DNA of 64,000 bases from positions 409-64,408 of the IMG/VR virus record IMGVR_UViG_3300014204_000189. The stretch is one strand, 5' to 3'. A model generated the notes under the pieces. It made no database searches, was not told where the DNA came from, and saw nothing but the letters and a program-made list of their open reading frames with translations. The translations under genes and the position numbers were made by a program. Source of the stretch: a virus. Lineage: Duplodnaviria; Caudoviricetes. This document shows positions 29,128 to 39,240 of this stretch, piece after piece; position 1 is the stretch's first letter, and each line of letters opens with the position of its first letter.

Positions 29128-30750
29128 ATGACCAGTCCCTACGGAACTTCCAACACCGACGACTGGGGCCGCACGCCTATCGGGGTCAACCAGCACCAGG
29201 GTGGAGAGCTGTTTCCGTTCTTGGCCGAGGACCACCACGTCCACAAGCTGATCGCGGATATGGAGCTGACGTACCGCGACGATGACGATACCCACCCACG
29301 GCCGTTTCGTTTGGTGTGGCTATCCGGCTTCGGTGAAGACGAAGTCTCTCTGTCGTTGTCGCTTTCCGAGTCCGAGTCTGTCTCCGATTGTGTGTTGCAC
29401 GACCGGGATGCGCTGATCGTCGATGCCAACAACGTCACCGTGTTCGACTCTCGGTATTGCGAGGAGTACACTGCGAACGATTGGGGGCCGCGATTCGTGC
29501 TTCATGAATGGTGCACCGACGACGATGTCCTGCGAATTGCCGAGTTCACGGCCTGGAAAGAGACCGAAGAGGAGATCGAGTTCCCGGCCTATTTGGAACT
29601 GGACAACGGAACGCTCGATGATCGCGTGCTGTACCAGTTGCCGCTACAGCTGCGGTCGTTGCGTGTCGGCTTGACTATGATCCGTGGCACCGGGGTGGAG
29701 TTTCGCGAGGGGTACAATTTTTCCTTACGTACGGAAAATCCGACCCAGCCGATTCGTAGTCTCGGTGGAGACCCGGCCGGACGGCCCGACGGCGGTCGCT
29801 ACGAGACGCTGGTCGACTTCGCGGCTATTCCGGGGGAAGGGGAAGGCCGCTACCCTGCCACAATCACTGGTCCGACAGGGATCCGCACCTTCAACGGTAT
29901 CAAGCCGGACGGACGACTGAATTTCATTTACGACGCATTGCAGTGCTACCGCTGGGAACGCCCGATCCAGGAAGTGCTGTCCGTGGATCCTCGCGAAGTA
30001 CGTATCTTGGACCACGCTCTTCAAGCGTTCAACGACTGTGGCCCGTGCTGCGACTGCGACGACTTCATCGCCGTGTATGAGGCAATCCGTCGCTTACGTG
30101 ACAGGTATGCCGACCTACTCGCCAGGGCACAGACTGTCCGCGATGTGTTCTCCCATAACCGCGACCGTTTCCTCGCCCAGCAGGCATGTCGGCAGCAAGA
30201 TTCGTTGCGCGTTCTGTTGCGAGCGGATTGTGGCAACTACGTGGACGTGGTGGTTGGACTTTGCAACAACCGCGATGAGTGTCTGCGGAACCCCGTCGTG
30301 CTGCTCAACTTCGCAGGAGCTACGACAGGGGTCGGCGTGATCCGCTGCACCGACATCTATCGGACTGGCAATGTCCTCGGCGGCATGAACAGCGGTCAGC
30401 ACTGGCAAGCCATTCCCTCCAGCATGGAGCACTACACGCTCGGAGGCGAGTGGCCGCACTACTGGGCCACGTGGGACGCGATTGAGCCAGGATCTCTCGG
30501 CTCCATTGTTTTTCGGATGTCGATGCCCGACGCGCAGTCTTCAGGCAGTCTCGTGTTGAAAGCGGACGCCTATCGTCGTGAAGGTGTCCTGGCGACGCCG
30601 CCCGACGAGCCACCTATTCCCGACGTTGACTGGGAGGTAGGACCGCTCACTGAGGCTGCCCAAGCGCTGCGGCTGGTTCCCGACTTTGTAACGGTTACCG
30701 TCAGCGTGGCGTCGGGTTGCTGCACGGACACAACACCTCCGTCTGGTTAG
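29128..30750 (+). CDS. Cys-rich tail-associated protein (paralog family)
   Basis: IRTFNGIKPDGRLNF; GPCCDCDDF. Confidence 0.6.
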   Translation: MTSPYGTSNTDDWGRTPIGVNQHQGGELFPFLAEDHHVHKLIADMELTYRDDDDTHPRPFRLVWLSGFGEDEVSLSLSLSESESVSDCVLHDRDALIVDANNVTVFDSRYCEEYTANDWGPRFVLHEWCTDDDVLRIAEFTAWKETEEEIEFPAYLELDNGTLDDRVLYQLPLQLRSLRVGLTMIRGTGVEFREGYNFSLRTENPTQPIRSLGGDPAGRPDGGRYETLVDFAAIPGEGEGRYPATITGPTGIRTFNGIKPDGRLNFIYDALQCYRWERPIQEVLSVDPREVRILDHALQAFNDCGPCCDCDDFIAVYEAIRRLRDRYADLLARAQTVRDVFSHNRDRFLAQQACRQQDSLRVLLRADCGNYVDVVVGLCNNRDECLRNPVVLLNFAGATTGVGVIRCTDIYRTGNVLGGMNSGQHWQAIPSSMEHYTLGGEWPHYWATWDAIEPGSLGSIVFRMSMPDAQSSGSLVLKADAYRREGVLATPPDEPPIPDVDWEVGPLTEAAQALRLVPDFVTVTVSVASGCCTDTTPPSG

Positions 30751-30752
30751 TC

Positions 30753-32504
30753 ATGGCCATTCGCACGCAATCCTGGTACGACTTGAACTGTTCGCGAGCC
30801 TACCCGCTCGACGATGCGGCGTCGGCCGTTGACGACCAAGGCATCCGTCTCCCCAGCCACTTCATCGCAGATCTTAACCTCAAGTTTCCGTCGACAGCCG
30901 GACAGTACGTCTATCTCAGCGGGATCACAGTCACTGAGCGGCTCGTGACGCTGGTGTTCTTGGCGACGAACGATCTCGATGACGCCTCTGCGTGCGTGCC
31001 GCTGGCGGCTGTGACCGTAGAGAAACCTGTCACGTGCTTTCGGCAGTACGCCGTTGACGCGTTGTACCCCGGCGTAGGTGGCTGGGTCGTTTTCGGGCAC
31101 GGCGTGGACGACGAACCGCAGTATTCTGCCCGGTTCTCGACGTCGCAGCAGTCCCTGTTCACACGACGGGCAGTGCACATTTACACGCCCCTGCCAATTC
31201 CGAGCATGGGTCGGCTCAACAACGCGACGGCGCTCACGGGTCTGATCTACCTGCTGGGCGGTGACGACATTGAAATCGTGAAAGAGTGCCGCACGATCCC
31301 CGACGCTCCTGCCAGAGTGGGCGACGAATGTGATGACGCAACGGAAGAGTCCGTTGGCCGCGAGTGTATCGTCATCCGGCTGATCGCCGGAGCCTCCAGC
31401 GAGATCGTCAACCCTGTCGCGAATCTCAACGTGTACGGCAAGTACGCGGGTGACTGCGACAATGTGGCAGAGAGCCACGCATGCGGAGAGGACGAGCCCA
31501 TCCAGTTCATCGGCCCTGTGCAGCCAGACTGCTGCGGGAACATCACCATCAAGTTTCGTGGGTGCGCTTCGATCAGTGAGATTGTTGAGGCGGCGACATT
31601 GGACGAGCACGGCTCGCTGTCCGAGGTGGCCTCCGCAACGGGTGTGATTGTGGACTGCGGGCTAAGCCTGGTTGACGCCTGCGTCTCCAAGGACCAACTA
31701 CCGTCACCGGACGGAGAATTGCCCAACGAGTACTACGACCTTTGCGAAAGTGCGTCGTTTTCCGACTCGCTCAGCATCACATTCCCACTCGACGAAAGCT
31801 TCAGCTTCACGTACCCTGCCGAGTTTCCCGAGGAAAGCGAGGCCTGGTACACGTTCGAGGATGAGTTCGAGACCTACGATGCGCTGTGGCAGGTCAAAGC
31901 GGGTTGCTTCGGGTACGTGGAAGGTCACCGCGGCGCGGACAGTCTCTCCTTGAGCGACATGGAGGGTGAGCTGGAGTGGGCCATGTCCACGGTGTTCACC
32001 AACAGCGCCCTGGGCACCAACCTCGTGCGATGCGCGCATCCCAACGTGCTGCACGTGTTCCGTCGCAAGGTCTCGGCAATTCTGGAGATCTATCAAGGCG
32101 GCCCGGGTTGCTGGCACAACGCCTCGGTAGCGGCGGCGATCCGGCCGGTACATGAGGACGTGTTCACCTGCCTGATTGCCGAACTGGACTGGGACGGGTT
32201 CAACCTGGGATACAAGTCGTTTCGGATCGCCTACTGGAACGGCGCAGCGTGGAGTACACTGGCAAGTGCGGCCGTACCAACGATGGGGTTGGACAAGGCG
32301 TATTACGTCTCGCTGTCTCTTTACCCCTGCACGGACACGACTGCGTGGGTTATTGCAACACTTACAGGAATGGACGACGGGATCAGCGTGAGCCTTGGCC
32401 CGACGCTGATTACGGATTTCTCAAACACGGATTTCGGGTATCCTGGTCTGTACACCAAGCGAAGTAAGGCAAACTTCTACTGGTTTGGATACAGGCCTGT
32501 CTAG
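30753..32504 (+). CDS. Cys-rich tail-associated protein (paralog family)
   Basis: WYDLNCSRAYPLDD; IQFIGPVQPDCCGNI; C-terminal lectin-like beta domain. Confidence 0.6.
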   Translation: MAIRTQSWYDLNCSRAYPLDDAASAVDDQGIRLPSHFIADLNLKFPSTAGQYVYLSGITVTERLVTLVFLATNDLDDASACVPLAAVTVEKPVTCFRQYAVDALYPGVGGWVVFGHGVDDEPQYSARFSTSQQSLFTRRAVHIYTPLPIPSMGRLNNATALTGLIYLLGGDDIEIVKECRTIPDAPARVGDECDDATEESVGRECIVIRLIAGASSEIVNPVANLNVYGKYAGDCDNVAESHACGEDEPIQFIGPVQPDCCGNITIKFRGCASISEIVEAATLDEHGSLSEVASATGVIVDCGLSLVDACVSKDQLPSPDGELPNEYYDLCESASFSDSLSITFPLDESFSFTYPAEFPEESEAWYTFEDEFETYDALWQVKAGCFGYVEGHRGADSLSLSDMEGELEWAMSTVFTNSALGTNLVRCAHPNVLHVFRRKVSAILEIYQGGPGCWHNASVAAAIRPVHEDVFTCLIAELDWDGFNLGYKSFRIAYWNGAAWSTLASAAVPTMGLDKAYYVSLSLYPCTDTTAWVIATLTGMDDGISVSLGPTLITDFSNTDFGYPGLYTKRSKANFYWFGYRPV

Positions 32505-32519
32505 CACGGAGGAGCGACG

Positions 32520-33098
32520 ATGACCGAGGAGCTGGAACAATTCCCTGTTGGCGAAAAGCGCGCCAAAAAGAAGAAGGGCGTGGCGAAGAAGACCGAGACG
32601 CTTGCGGAGAGTCAGGAGCTGGCGACACCCATCGAGCTGAAGGTCGCACCCAAGGCGGCGCCTGCCTTCGTCGAGGCTGTCGAGGTTCCTGTCGTCGAAG
32701 AGCCGGAGGAGGAAGAGATTCTTTCGCCCGTGGTGGCTCTGGAACCGCCGCCCGCCGCGGAAGTTCTAGCGGACCCTGCCTGGGAAGCTCTACTCTCAGG
32801 ACTCAATCCGGCAGTCATGTCTGCGGTATACGAGTCGGGGATCTTCGACCTGCCGACGCTGCTGGGAAAGACCCCACGAGATCTGCGGCAGCCGAACGGT
32901 CGCCTCACCAGCCTGCAACTCACTTTGCTGATCCAGGCGTTGGCCAAGCAGGGCCTGCAGCTCATGCCGTCGCCTCTGCCTCCGCCCGACCCGGTTGCGG
33001 AACCGCGGGCAGTGTCGACGGGACACGCCCAATCGAAGTACGTGCGACATGTTGTGCGCACCTCGCCTCCGATGACGCCCAAGAAGCGTTGCATGTAA
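32520..33098 (+). CDS. Protein with degenerate RNAP alpha-CTD-like domain
   Basis: LNPAVMSAVYESGIFDLPTLLGKTPRDL...LIQALAKQGLQL resembles the alpha-CTD pattern. Confidence 0.45.
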   Translation: MTEELEQFPVGEKRAKKKKGVAKKTETLAESQELATPIELKVAPKAAPAFVEAVEVPVVEEPEEEEILSPVVALEPPPAAEVLADPAWEALLSGLNPAVMSAVYESGIFDLPTLLGKTPRDLRQPNGRLTSLQLTLLIQALAKQGLQLMPSPLPPPDPVAEPRAVSTGHAQSKYVRHVVRTSPPMTPKKRCM

Positions 33099-33114
33099 GC
33101 AAGGGAGGCCAAGG

Positions 33115-33945
33115 ATGGCCACAGAGCGGGTCCTGCATCCTGAATGGCGCGACGAAGGGGAGCCCACCAAGTACCCTTTCGCGGACGAGGCCACGCTTCG
33201 CGCCGCCGACGGTGCGTTCATTCCGGAATCGCTCTTTCTGGACGCCGTCTTCTATCCGATTGGCGGCGGGACTCAGCTCTACTTGTCGCAGGTAGAGCTG
33301 AGTCACCAAGAGGCCGTCCTTACCATCGGCGATGAGGTCAACTCCGCGATTGCCTACGGCACGGTCGATATTCTCAACCCTGCGGACAGCATCCGGTTTG
33401 TGGACCTCTATGGTCGACCGGCCGGACTGATTGTCAGTGAAGCAGGGCGATTGGCCCTCTTCCAGGCGTGGCAGACGGGTATCCATCACTTTACGGCCGA
33501 CGCGACCGGGTTTGCTGCAACCTGTTGCATTCCTACGCCCGAAATCGGCGTTCGCGGAATCCTGCTCGCGGATGGCAGTCTGTTCGTAGGGGATATTTGG
33601 ATCGTTGGAGAGACTGGCGTGGTGTTGACGGCCGAGGCAGCAACTTACGCTGCGACAGGGTCCCCTCGCGAATCGGCGGCTTACAACTACATTCGTGTGG
33701 ATATTGTCGGAGATCCGCTGTTCCGTCGCTCGCGTTGTGAGCAGATCTTCACGACACCGCGATTTCTGGAGCAGATCACAGTACAGGACGGCTGTCGCCA
33801 GATCATTGCGAGACCCGACCAGTACGGTGATTTCAAGATCACCGTAGGCCACCAGGACGCTGTCGATACGGTGCTACGCATTCGTACAACGCCGGAGGGC
33901 CTAGTATTCGAGGCCGTTGGCGAACCGCTCAAGAGCATCAGGTGA
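33115..33945 (+). CDS. Tail-associated protein (paralog family)
   Basis: HPEWRDEGEPTKYPFAD; RPDQYGDFKITV. Confidence 0.6.
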   Translation: MATERVLHPEWRDEGEPTKYPFADEATLRAADGAFIPESLFLDAVFYPIGGGTQLYLSQVELSHQEAVLTIGDEVNSAIAYGTVDILNPADSIRFVDLYGRPAGLIVSEAGRLALFQAWQTGIHHFTADATGFAATCCIPTPEIGVRGILLADGSLFVGDIWIVGETGVVLTAEAATYAATGSPRESAAYNYIRVDIVGDPLFRRSRCEQIFTTPRFLEQITVQDGCRQIIARPDQYGDFKITVGHQDAVDTVLRIRTTPEGLVFEAVGEPLKSIR

Positions 33946-33948
33946 GCT

Positions 33949-35001
33949 ATGGCGAAGACGACTTGGTTCAACGACAACGAGAATCGTGCGTTCCCTTTTG
34001 TTGCAGGTACTGCGGGCCAAGTCTACACGACAGGGTCTCGACGGATCTACCACATCCCTAATGCCACCTTTGTGGATATGGGCTTCGTCATGGGCGTCAA
34101 CTCGGGGTTCGTCGAAGGTGAACACATCGTCTATCTCTCAAGCGTGACGTACAGCCGCAGTTCACACACATCTGTGTTCACTTTCAAGTGCACGGCGCCT
34201 CGGTTGATTACCAGGTACTTGCAACTCTATGTTTCCGGTAGTTTGGGAGAACTCCCGAAATACTCGACTTGGGACTTTGCACACGCGGGACCAAAAATCC
34301 CGCACTACCTTGAAGACGACTGTCTCGACGATGAAATGTGGTCAGGCTATGCCGTGTTCGGAGATTTGACTCCGCTCAAGACACTCATCGGCTACTACAA
34401 CTCACTCTCTTATTCGCCGACGGTACGGACGATCGTCGAGCCCGCACTGATCCACAACCTGGCCAACAGCTATGCGCGCACGCTCAACTTGGCCTGCGCC
34501 GACCGGACACGAGCTACGCGGCCGGACGGCTGTCGCGACCTGTGCTGGCCGGTGCCTCCGCAACCGATCTGGATTCGCGACACGTGCCTCACCGGTCACG
34601 TGCGGTGGCAAGAGGGTAAGAACTGCCAGATTCGGCAGGACGACGCGCAGAACGCAATCATCATCGGAGCAATGAAAGGCGGCGGAGAACCTCCTTACGG
34701 CGGTGAGACGTGTGAAGAGATCCCGCTGTACGATGGCGAAGAACCGCCGCCGGGTCGCTCGCGACTGGACGGCGCGCTGCGATGTTCCGAGGTGATGCGC
34801 ACGATCAATGGCGTAGGTGGTCGCGTTGTGATGTTGCAGGCAGGTGCCGGTGTGAACATTTCGCCCGATCCCGACAATTCGGAGATCGTCATCGACGTGA
34901 ACATGCACTCCATGGCCGCCTGTGGCGAGACCGAACCCGACGAGTCGGAAAACTGTTCGTGGTCGGAGTCCTACGACCCCTGCGCTTGCGGACCGGAATA
35001 A
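33949..35001 (+). CDS. Cys-rich tail-associated protein (paralog family)
   Basis: [12 protein letters not shown]; MRTINGVGG. Confidence 0.6.
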   Translation: MAKTTWFNDNENRAFPFVAGTAGQVYTTGSRRIYHIPNATFVDMGFVMGVNSGFVEGEHIVYLSSVTYSRSSHTSVFTFKCTAPRLITRYLQLYVSGSLGELPKYSTWDFAHAGPKIPHYLEDDCLDDEMWSGYAVFGDLTPLKTLIGYYNSLSYSPTVRTIVEPALIHNLANSYARTLNLACADRTRATRPDGCRDLCWPVPPQPIWIRDTCLTGHVRWQEGKNCQIRQDDAQNAIIIGAMKGGGEPPYGGETCEEIPLYDGEEPPPGRSRLDGALRCSEVMRTINGVGGRVVMLQAGAGVNISPDPDNSEIVIDVNMHSMAACGETEPDESENCSWSESYDPCACGPE

Positions 35002-36011
35002 TGACAGACGATCCCTTGGATTTTGCGCCAGTCTTTCAGCCGACGCGCTGCGAAGTGCGTCCGGTACGTCCGATCCCCGAAATCCCGCGGATCAGTGACT
35101 GCTATATTCCTGATGTTCCGACTCCCATTCAGGACTGTCAAAATCCGAGCGTTCCGTACATTCCTCCACCGGACACGCCGCCGCCTGGACCGCCTGGACC
35201 GCAAGGACCGCAAGGCCCGCCAGGTATCGGCACTCCGGGCCCGGGAGGTCCGGCTGGCCCTGCCGGACCTCCCGGGCCTCCAGGTGGAGTAGGGCCGACA
35301 GGGCCCGTAGGCCCGGCAGGACCGGCCGGGCCTGTCGGCCCGGCAGGACCACCAGGACCGCCAGGACCGCCTACGCCAGGACCGGCTGGCCCGCAGGGAC
35401 CTCCGGGAACGCCAGGAGGCCCAGGCCCCCAAGGCCCTGTAGGGCCGACAGGCCCCACCGGTCCTGCCGGTCCGACAGGCCCAACGGGTCCACAAGGTCC
35501 AGCCAATGGTCCCTCAGGTCCCGCAGGTCCGCAGGGGCCTGAGGGACCGGAAGGTCCACGGGGACCCGGCGGTCCGCAAGGTCCGAAGGGCGACAGCGGC
35601 ATGGGCAGTGGTAGCGGAAAGTCCGCCATCGTGGCCTACACGCCGGAAAATGGCGAAGAGCAGTACGTTGGGATGATGTGCGTGGAAATGCCCGAGACAC
35701 GGTTCGAGGACACGGTGCACGCGTTCATCTGTCACCGCGGTACTGTGGCACTGGATGCGTGCTTCGTGGCCATTTGCGAGCCGGACTCGTTCGAGGTCGT
35801 GGGCCGCAACACGTCGCACCCGATTCCGCTGGGCGTATCGCTGCGAGGGACCGACGTGCAATTGGAACTGGCGTACCGTGCCGAGACAGTGGTGCACGTG
35901 ACCGTGCGTGTGAGCGGCATCCGTAAGGGATCTGCTGGTCGGTTCCGCCAGTTCACCAAGGAGCAGATGGAACGCAACGAGGCGTTCTGGAGACAGGCGC
36001 GTGAAGACTGA
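35001..36011 (+). CDS. Collagen-like protein
   Basis: Gly-Pro-X run ([13 protein letters not shown]) followed by KSAIV...[11 protein letters not shown]-domain. Confidence 0.9.
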   Translation: MTDDPLDFAPVFQPTRCEVRPVRPIPEIPRISDCYIPDVPTPIQDCQNPSVPYIPPPDTPPPGPPGPQGPQGPPGIGTPGPGGPAGPAGPPGPPGGVGPTGPVGPAGPAGPVGPAGPPGPPGPPTPGPAGPQGPPGTPGGPGPQGPVGPTGPTGPAGPTGPTGPQGPANGPSGPAGPQGPEGPEGPRGPGGPQGPKGDSGMGSGSGKSAIVAYTPENGEEQYVGMMCVEMPETRFEDTVHAFICHRGTVALDACFVAICEPDSFEVVGRNTSHPIPLGVSLRGTDVQLELAYRAETVVHVTVRVSGIRKGSAGRFRQFTKEQMERNEAFWRQARED

Positions 36012-37014
36012 GAAGCGGTTCTACCTGGCATTCAGAGTGCCCGTGGCACCCGGCGACATGACCATGGTCACCGCTCTCGTTCGCGACCTCAAGCTCACCT
36101 ACGGTGACCGCTACGCCATCGACGTGCAACAGAAGTTTCCGGCGGTCTGGCGGAACAACCCGCATCTGACACCACTCAACCGCCGCGATCCTCAAGTACG
36201 CACGATCTACCTCGACTACCGCAGCTCGCTCAAGCTGCCGCAAGAGGGAAAGCTGGTGCACTATGTCTCCGCGTTCCATCGCATCTTCGAGGCGGAGACC
36301 AAGATCCATGTCCCGTTGCTGTTCCCCAAGCCGGACTTGCACCTGAGCGAGGAGGAGAAGAGCACGCCGCTGATCTCTGGTCGCTACTGGATCGTGGTTC
36401 CCGGCGGCAAGTTGGACATGACCAACAAGTGGTGGCCGACGGAGTACTGGGAGGAAGTGATCCAGAAGCTACGGCCATGGGGTCTGCGATTCGTACAGGA
36501 AGGGGCCGCCAAGAAGCTTCACGAGCATGCTCCCGTACACAACGTGCTGAACATGGTGGGGCTCACAGGGCAGCGCGACCTGATGCGCAACGTCTACCAC
36601 GCAGAGGGTGTGATCTGTGGCGTCAGCTTCCCGATGCACCTGGCAGGAGCCTTTGACCGTCCTTGCGTCGTGATCGCGGGCGGTCGAGAAGAGCCCTGGT
36701 GGGAAGCATACTGCAACGACTTTCGGGCTTTCGGCCCGCAGTGTGCCCCGGTTAAGATGCCGCATCAGTTCTTGCACACGCTCGGGCAGCTGCCCTGCTG
36801 CGAACACAAAGGGTGCTGGCGACGTCGCGTAGTTCCCCTGGGCGACGACCGGCCCAAGTACGATGAGGACCTCTGCTACCGTCCGTTGCTTGAATTCACA
36901 CCACCCCGGCCGACGTGCATGGAGATGATCAAGCCAGGACACGTCATGAACGCCGTGATGCGGTACTATGAGGAAAAGTTCCTGCCGCCTCCCCTAGCCC
37001 ACGCACAACCATGA
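36001..37014 (+). CDS. Glycosyltransferase family 9 (heptosyltransferase-like)
   Basis: [15 protein letters not shown]; [12 protein letters not shown]; [12 protein letters not shown]...[28 protein letters not shown]. Confidence 0.85.
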   Translation: MKTEKRFYLAFRVPVAPGDMTMVTALVRDLKLTYGDRYAIDVQQKFPAVWRNNPHLTPLNRRDPQVRTIYLDYRSSLKLPQEGKLVHYVSAFHRIFEAETKIHVPLLFPKPDLHLSEEEKSTPLISGRYWIVVPGGKLDMTNKWWPTEYWEEVIQKLRPWGLRFVQEGAAKKLHEHAPVHNVLNMVGLTGQRDLMRNVYHAEGVICGVSFPMHLAGAFDRPCVVIAGGREEPWWEAYCNDFRAFGPQCAPVKMPHQFLHTLGQLPCCEHKGCWRRRVVPLGDDRPKYDEDLCYRPLLEFTPPRPTCMEMIKPGHVMNAVMRYYEEKFLPPPLAHAQP

Positions 37015-38048
37015 AGCCCATTGGATCCGCCGACTCTCCTTACGACCTGCCGCCCACGGGCAAGTTCCCAGCGATCTGCCCACGTTGCGGTACCAGCCTG
37101 GCCCAGTTCATCGCGGGCGAGCCCTTGCCGCCGTCTTTGCCTGCGTCAACACTGCAGACGTTACCGCATCCGCCGGAGCCCGGCGACCTGTACGTACCCC
37201 CGGAGCCTCGGCTAGTGAATCCGACGGAGCTGATGCGAATAGGTGCGGTCACAGCTCCGCCTGCACCTGTGGCGCATCCAACCGCGAGCACGTTGTCGGT
37301 GCTGGACGATCCCAAGATCGGTGGCAAGGTGACGATCTGTGTGCTGTTGTTCGGGGCACACCACAATCTGCACCGGCGATGCTTGAACTCGATCATGACC
37401 ACGGTGCCGCCTTCGCGGATGGACCTGCGCGTGGCCACAAACCAGGTAGCCCCAGAAACTGTCACGTATCTGCAGACACTGCCCATCACCAAGGTGTACG
37501 CAGACACGCGGGCACGCCGCAAGTACCCTGCGATGCGGGAGATGTTCTGGGACCCGGTGTTGCCTATCAACACGCAGTGGTTGATATGGTTCGACGATGA
37601 CACATGGGTGCGGCCCGAGTGCAGTCGCTGGCTCTCCCTGCTCGGTGACGCCATCGTGAGCGACCCGGACCCCTTGCTGGGTATGCTGGGCATGCGACGG
37701 CAGCACCCTCTGATTCATGCGAGTCCTCGTCGCGACCCGCGTCAGTGGTTTCGGTCCGCGACCTGGTGGCGCAACCGCTCGATGCGCGACGCAAAGGGCA
37801 ATCCGATACCCAACGGCTCGCGAATTCATTTCTGCCCCGGCGGGTTCTTTGCCTTGCGCGTGGACGCGATGAAAGCCTGCGACATCCCCGACACGCGGCT
37901 CTGTCATAACGGCGGCGACATCGTGATCGGGGAGCAGCTGTGGCAGGGCGGGTTCACGTTGCGCAGCTTCAACGAGGAGAAGAGCGTGGTGGCCCAGAAC
38001 GACTCACCTCGCCGCGGTTTCCGCGAACGGTTCCCCTTCTATGTCTGA
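37011..38048 (+). CDS. Glycosyltransferase, GT-A fold (GT2-like)
   Basis: VTICVLLFG; WLIWFDDDTWV (DXD); FCPGGFFAL; GGDIVIGEQL. Confidence 0.75.
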   Translation: MKPIGSADSPYDLPPTGKFPAICPRCGTSLAQFIAGEPLPPSLPASTLQTLPHPPEPGDLYVPPEPRLVNPTELMRIGAVTAPPAPVAHPTASTLSVLDDPKIGGKVTICVLLFGAHHNLHRRCLNSIMTTVPPSRMDLRVATNQVAPETVTYLQTLPITKVYADTRARRKYPAMREMFWDPVLPINTQWLIWFDDDTWVRPECSRWLSLLGDAIVSDPDPLLGMLGMRRQHPLIHASPRRDPRQWFRSATWWRNRSMRDAKGNPIPNGSRIHFCPGGFFALRVDAMKACDIPDTRLCHNGGDIVIGEQLWQGGFTLRSFNEEKSVVAQNDSPRRGFRERFPFYV

Positions 38049-38418
38049 GCCCAGATCCGACAAGGTGTTTCGTCTGGACGTGCCCGGGATCGTGCAGCTC
38101 CTGGGCTGTCCTGATTTCTATGTGGCCTGCCCGGCCTACTTCTATCTGCGCGCCCAGGGCCTGGAGACGTATCGGCGGCACATGCGAGCCATCGCGACTC
38201 GGGGCACCCCGGACCACGTTCCTGAGTGGGACAACCTGCGGATGTTCGGGCCGTTGCTGGGGTCGTTCGTCAAGCACACGATTGCGATGCACGAGACAGA
38301 CCCGGCGATGCTGGAACCGTTCTACGCGTACCTGACGAAGAAGCTGGGCTACCGGCCCACGGCGGTTCTGCTAACATACAGAGACGGCAAGGAGAGTAAC
38401 GAGCTTCTGCTGTACTGA
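38041..38418 (+). CDS. Hypothetical protein
   Basis: Coupled 125-aa ORF. Confidence 0.7.
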   Translation: MSEPRSDKVFRLDVPGIVQLLGCPDFYVACPAYFYLRAQGLETYRRHMRAIATRGTPDHVPEWDNLRMFGPLLGSFVKHTIAMHETDPAMLEPFYAYLTKKLGYRPTAVLLTYRDGKESNELLLY

Positions 38419-38434
38419 GTGCAAGGAGGCACGC

Positions 38435-38881
38435 ATGTCCAGTCGGGGAATCACGCTGCTGCTGCAGCCCCAGGAACGCGTCTACGTCCCCAATCGCGGC
38501 GAGGGTTTCCGGCTCCGCGTCACAGCCACAGACGCTGTGGACATGCCCGCGGAGATCTTCCTCCATCAGACGCGACTGGTCGATCCAGTGGAAGCAGTGA
38601 GCGGCGATGAGTTCATGTGCATCTGCTCGCCCTTCGACCTCACCATCTACCCGGCCCAGGAGCCCGACCTGCTCCAATTCCCGCAGTTCTTTCGCAAGAG
38701 CGTGCTGGACGTCATCCTGCCCTCGCAGGCGGTGGCCGAGGAGAGCTGGCTGGCGATCTACGGCGAGGTCAATGGGCTGATCGAAGCGCTTAACAAGCTG
38801 GAGTATCTGTTGCCCGGTGAGTCTGTACGCTGTGGCGAGCCGTTGGCTGTTGACGATTCCGAGTCTGTCACTGAGGACTGA
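38435..38881 (+). CDS. Hypothetical protein
   Basis: AAGGAGG RBS, 148 aa. Confidence 0.75.
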   Translation: MSSRGITLLLQPQERVYVPNRGEGFRLRVTATDAVDMPAEIFLHQTRLVDPVEAVSGDEFMCICSPFDLTIYPAQEPDLLQFPQFFRKSVLDVILPSQAVAEESWLAIYGEVNGLIEALNKLEYLLPGESVRCGEPLAVDDSESVTED

Positions 38882-38883
38882 GC

Positions 38884-39198
38884 ATGCCGCTGCCCAAAAC
38901 ACCCAACGTCGACTTGACGGACGACAACTTGGTCCGCATTATGCGCGATCCGAACTTCACCATCGCCTTTCCGTTCCTGGCCACGGCGATGGCAAGGGCC
39001 CAGGGCACCACGAAGAAGTGCGGCGGGTGCGGACGGAAGAAAAGGGCCAACCGCCACATCGATTTCAACCTCATCCGGCGACAAATTGTGGAGCTGCCGG
39101 TGGCCGAAAAGGGTCGCATGAAGGCCCTGCTGAACACGAATCAGGTGATTATTCACTACCTGAAGACCAACGGGCAGAAGCACAAAATTCGCTTCTGA
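38884..39198 (+). CDS. Small basic hypothetical protein (CGGCGRKK)
   Basis: 104-aa ORF ending the structural operon. Confidence 0.7.
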   Translation: MPLPKTPNVDLTDDNLVRIMRDPNFTIAFPFLATAMARAQGTTKKCGGCGRKKRANRHIDFNLIRRQIVELPVAEKGRMKALLNTNQVIIHYLKTNGQKHKIRF

Positions 39199-39240
39199 TT
39201 TTGGGCTAAATTCGGGGTCAAAACGGGGCATAATACCTTG

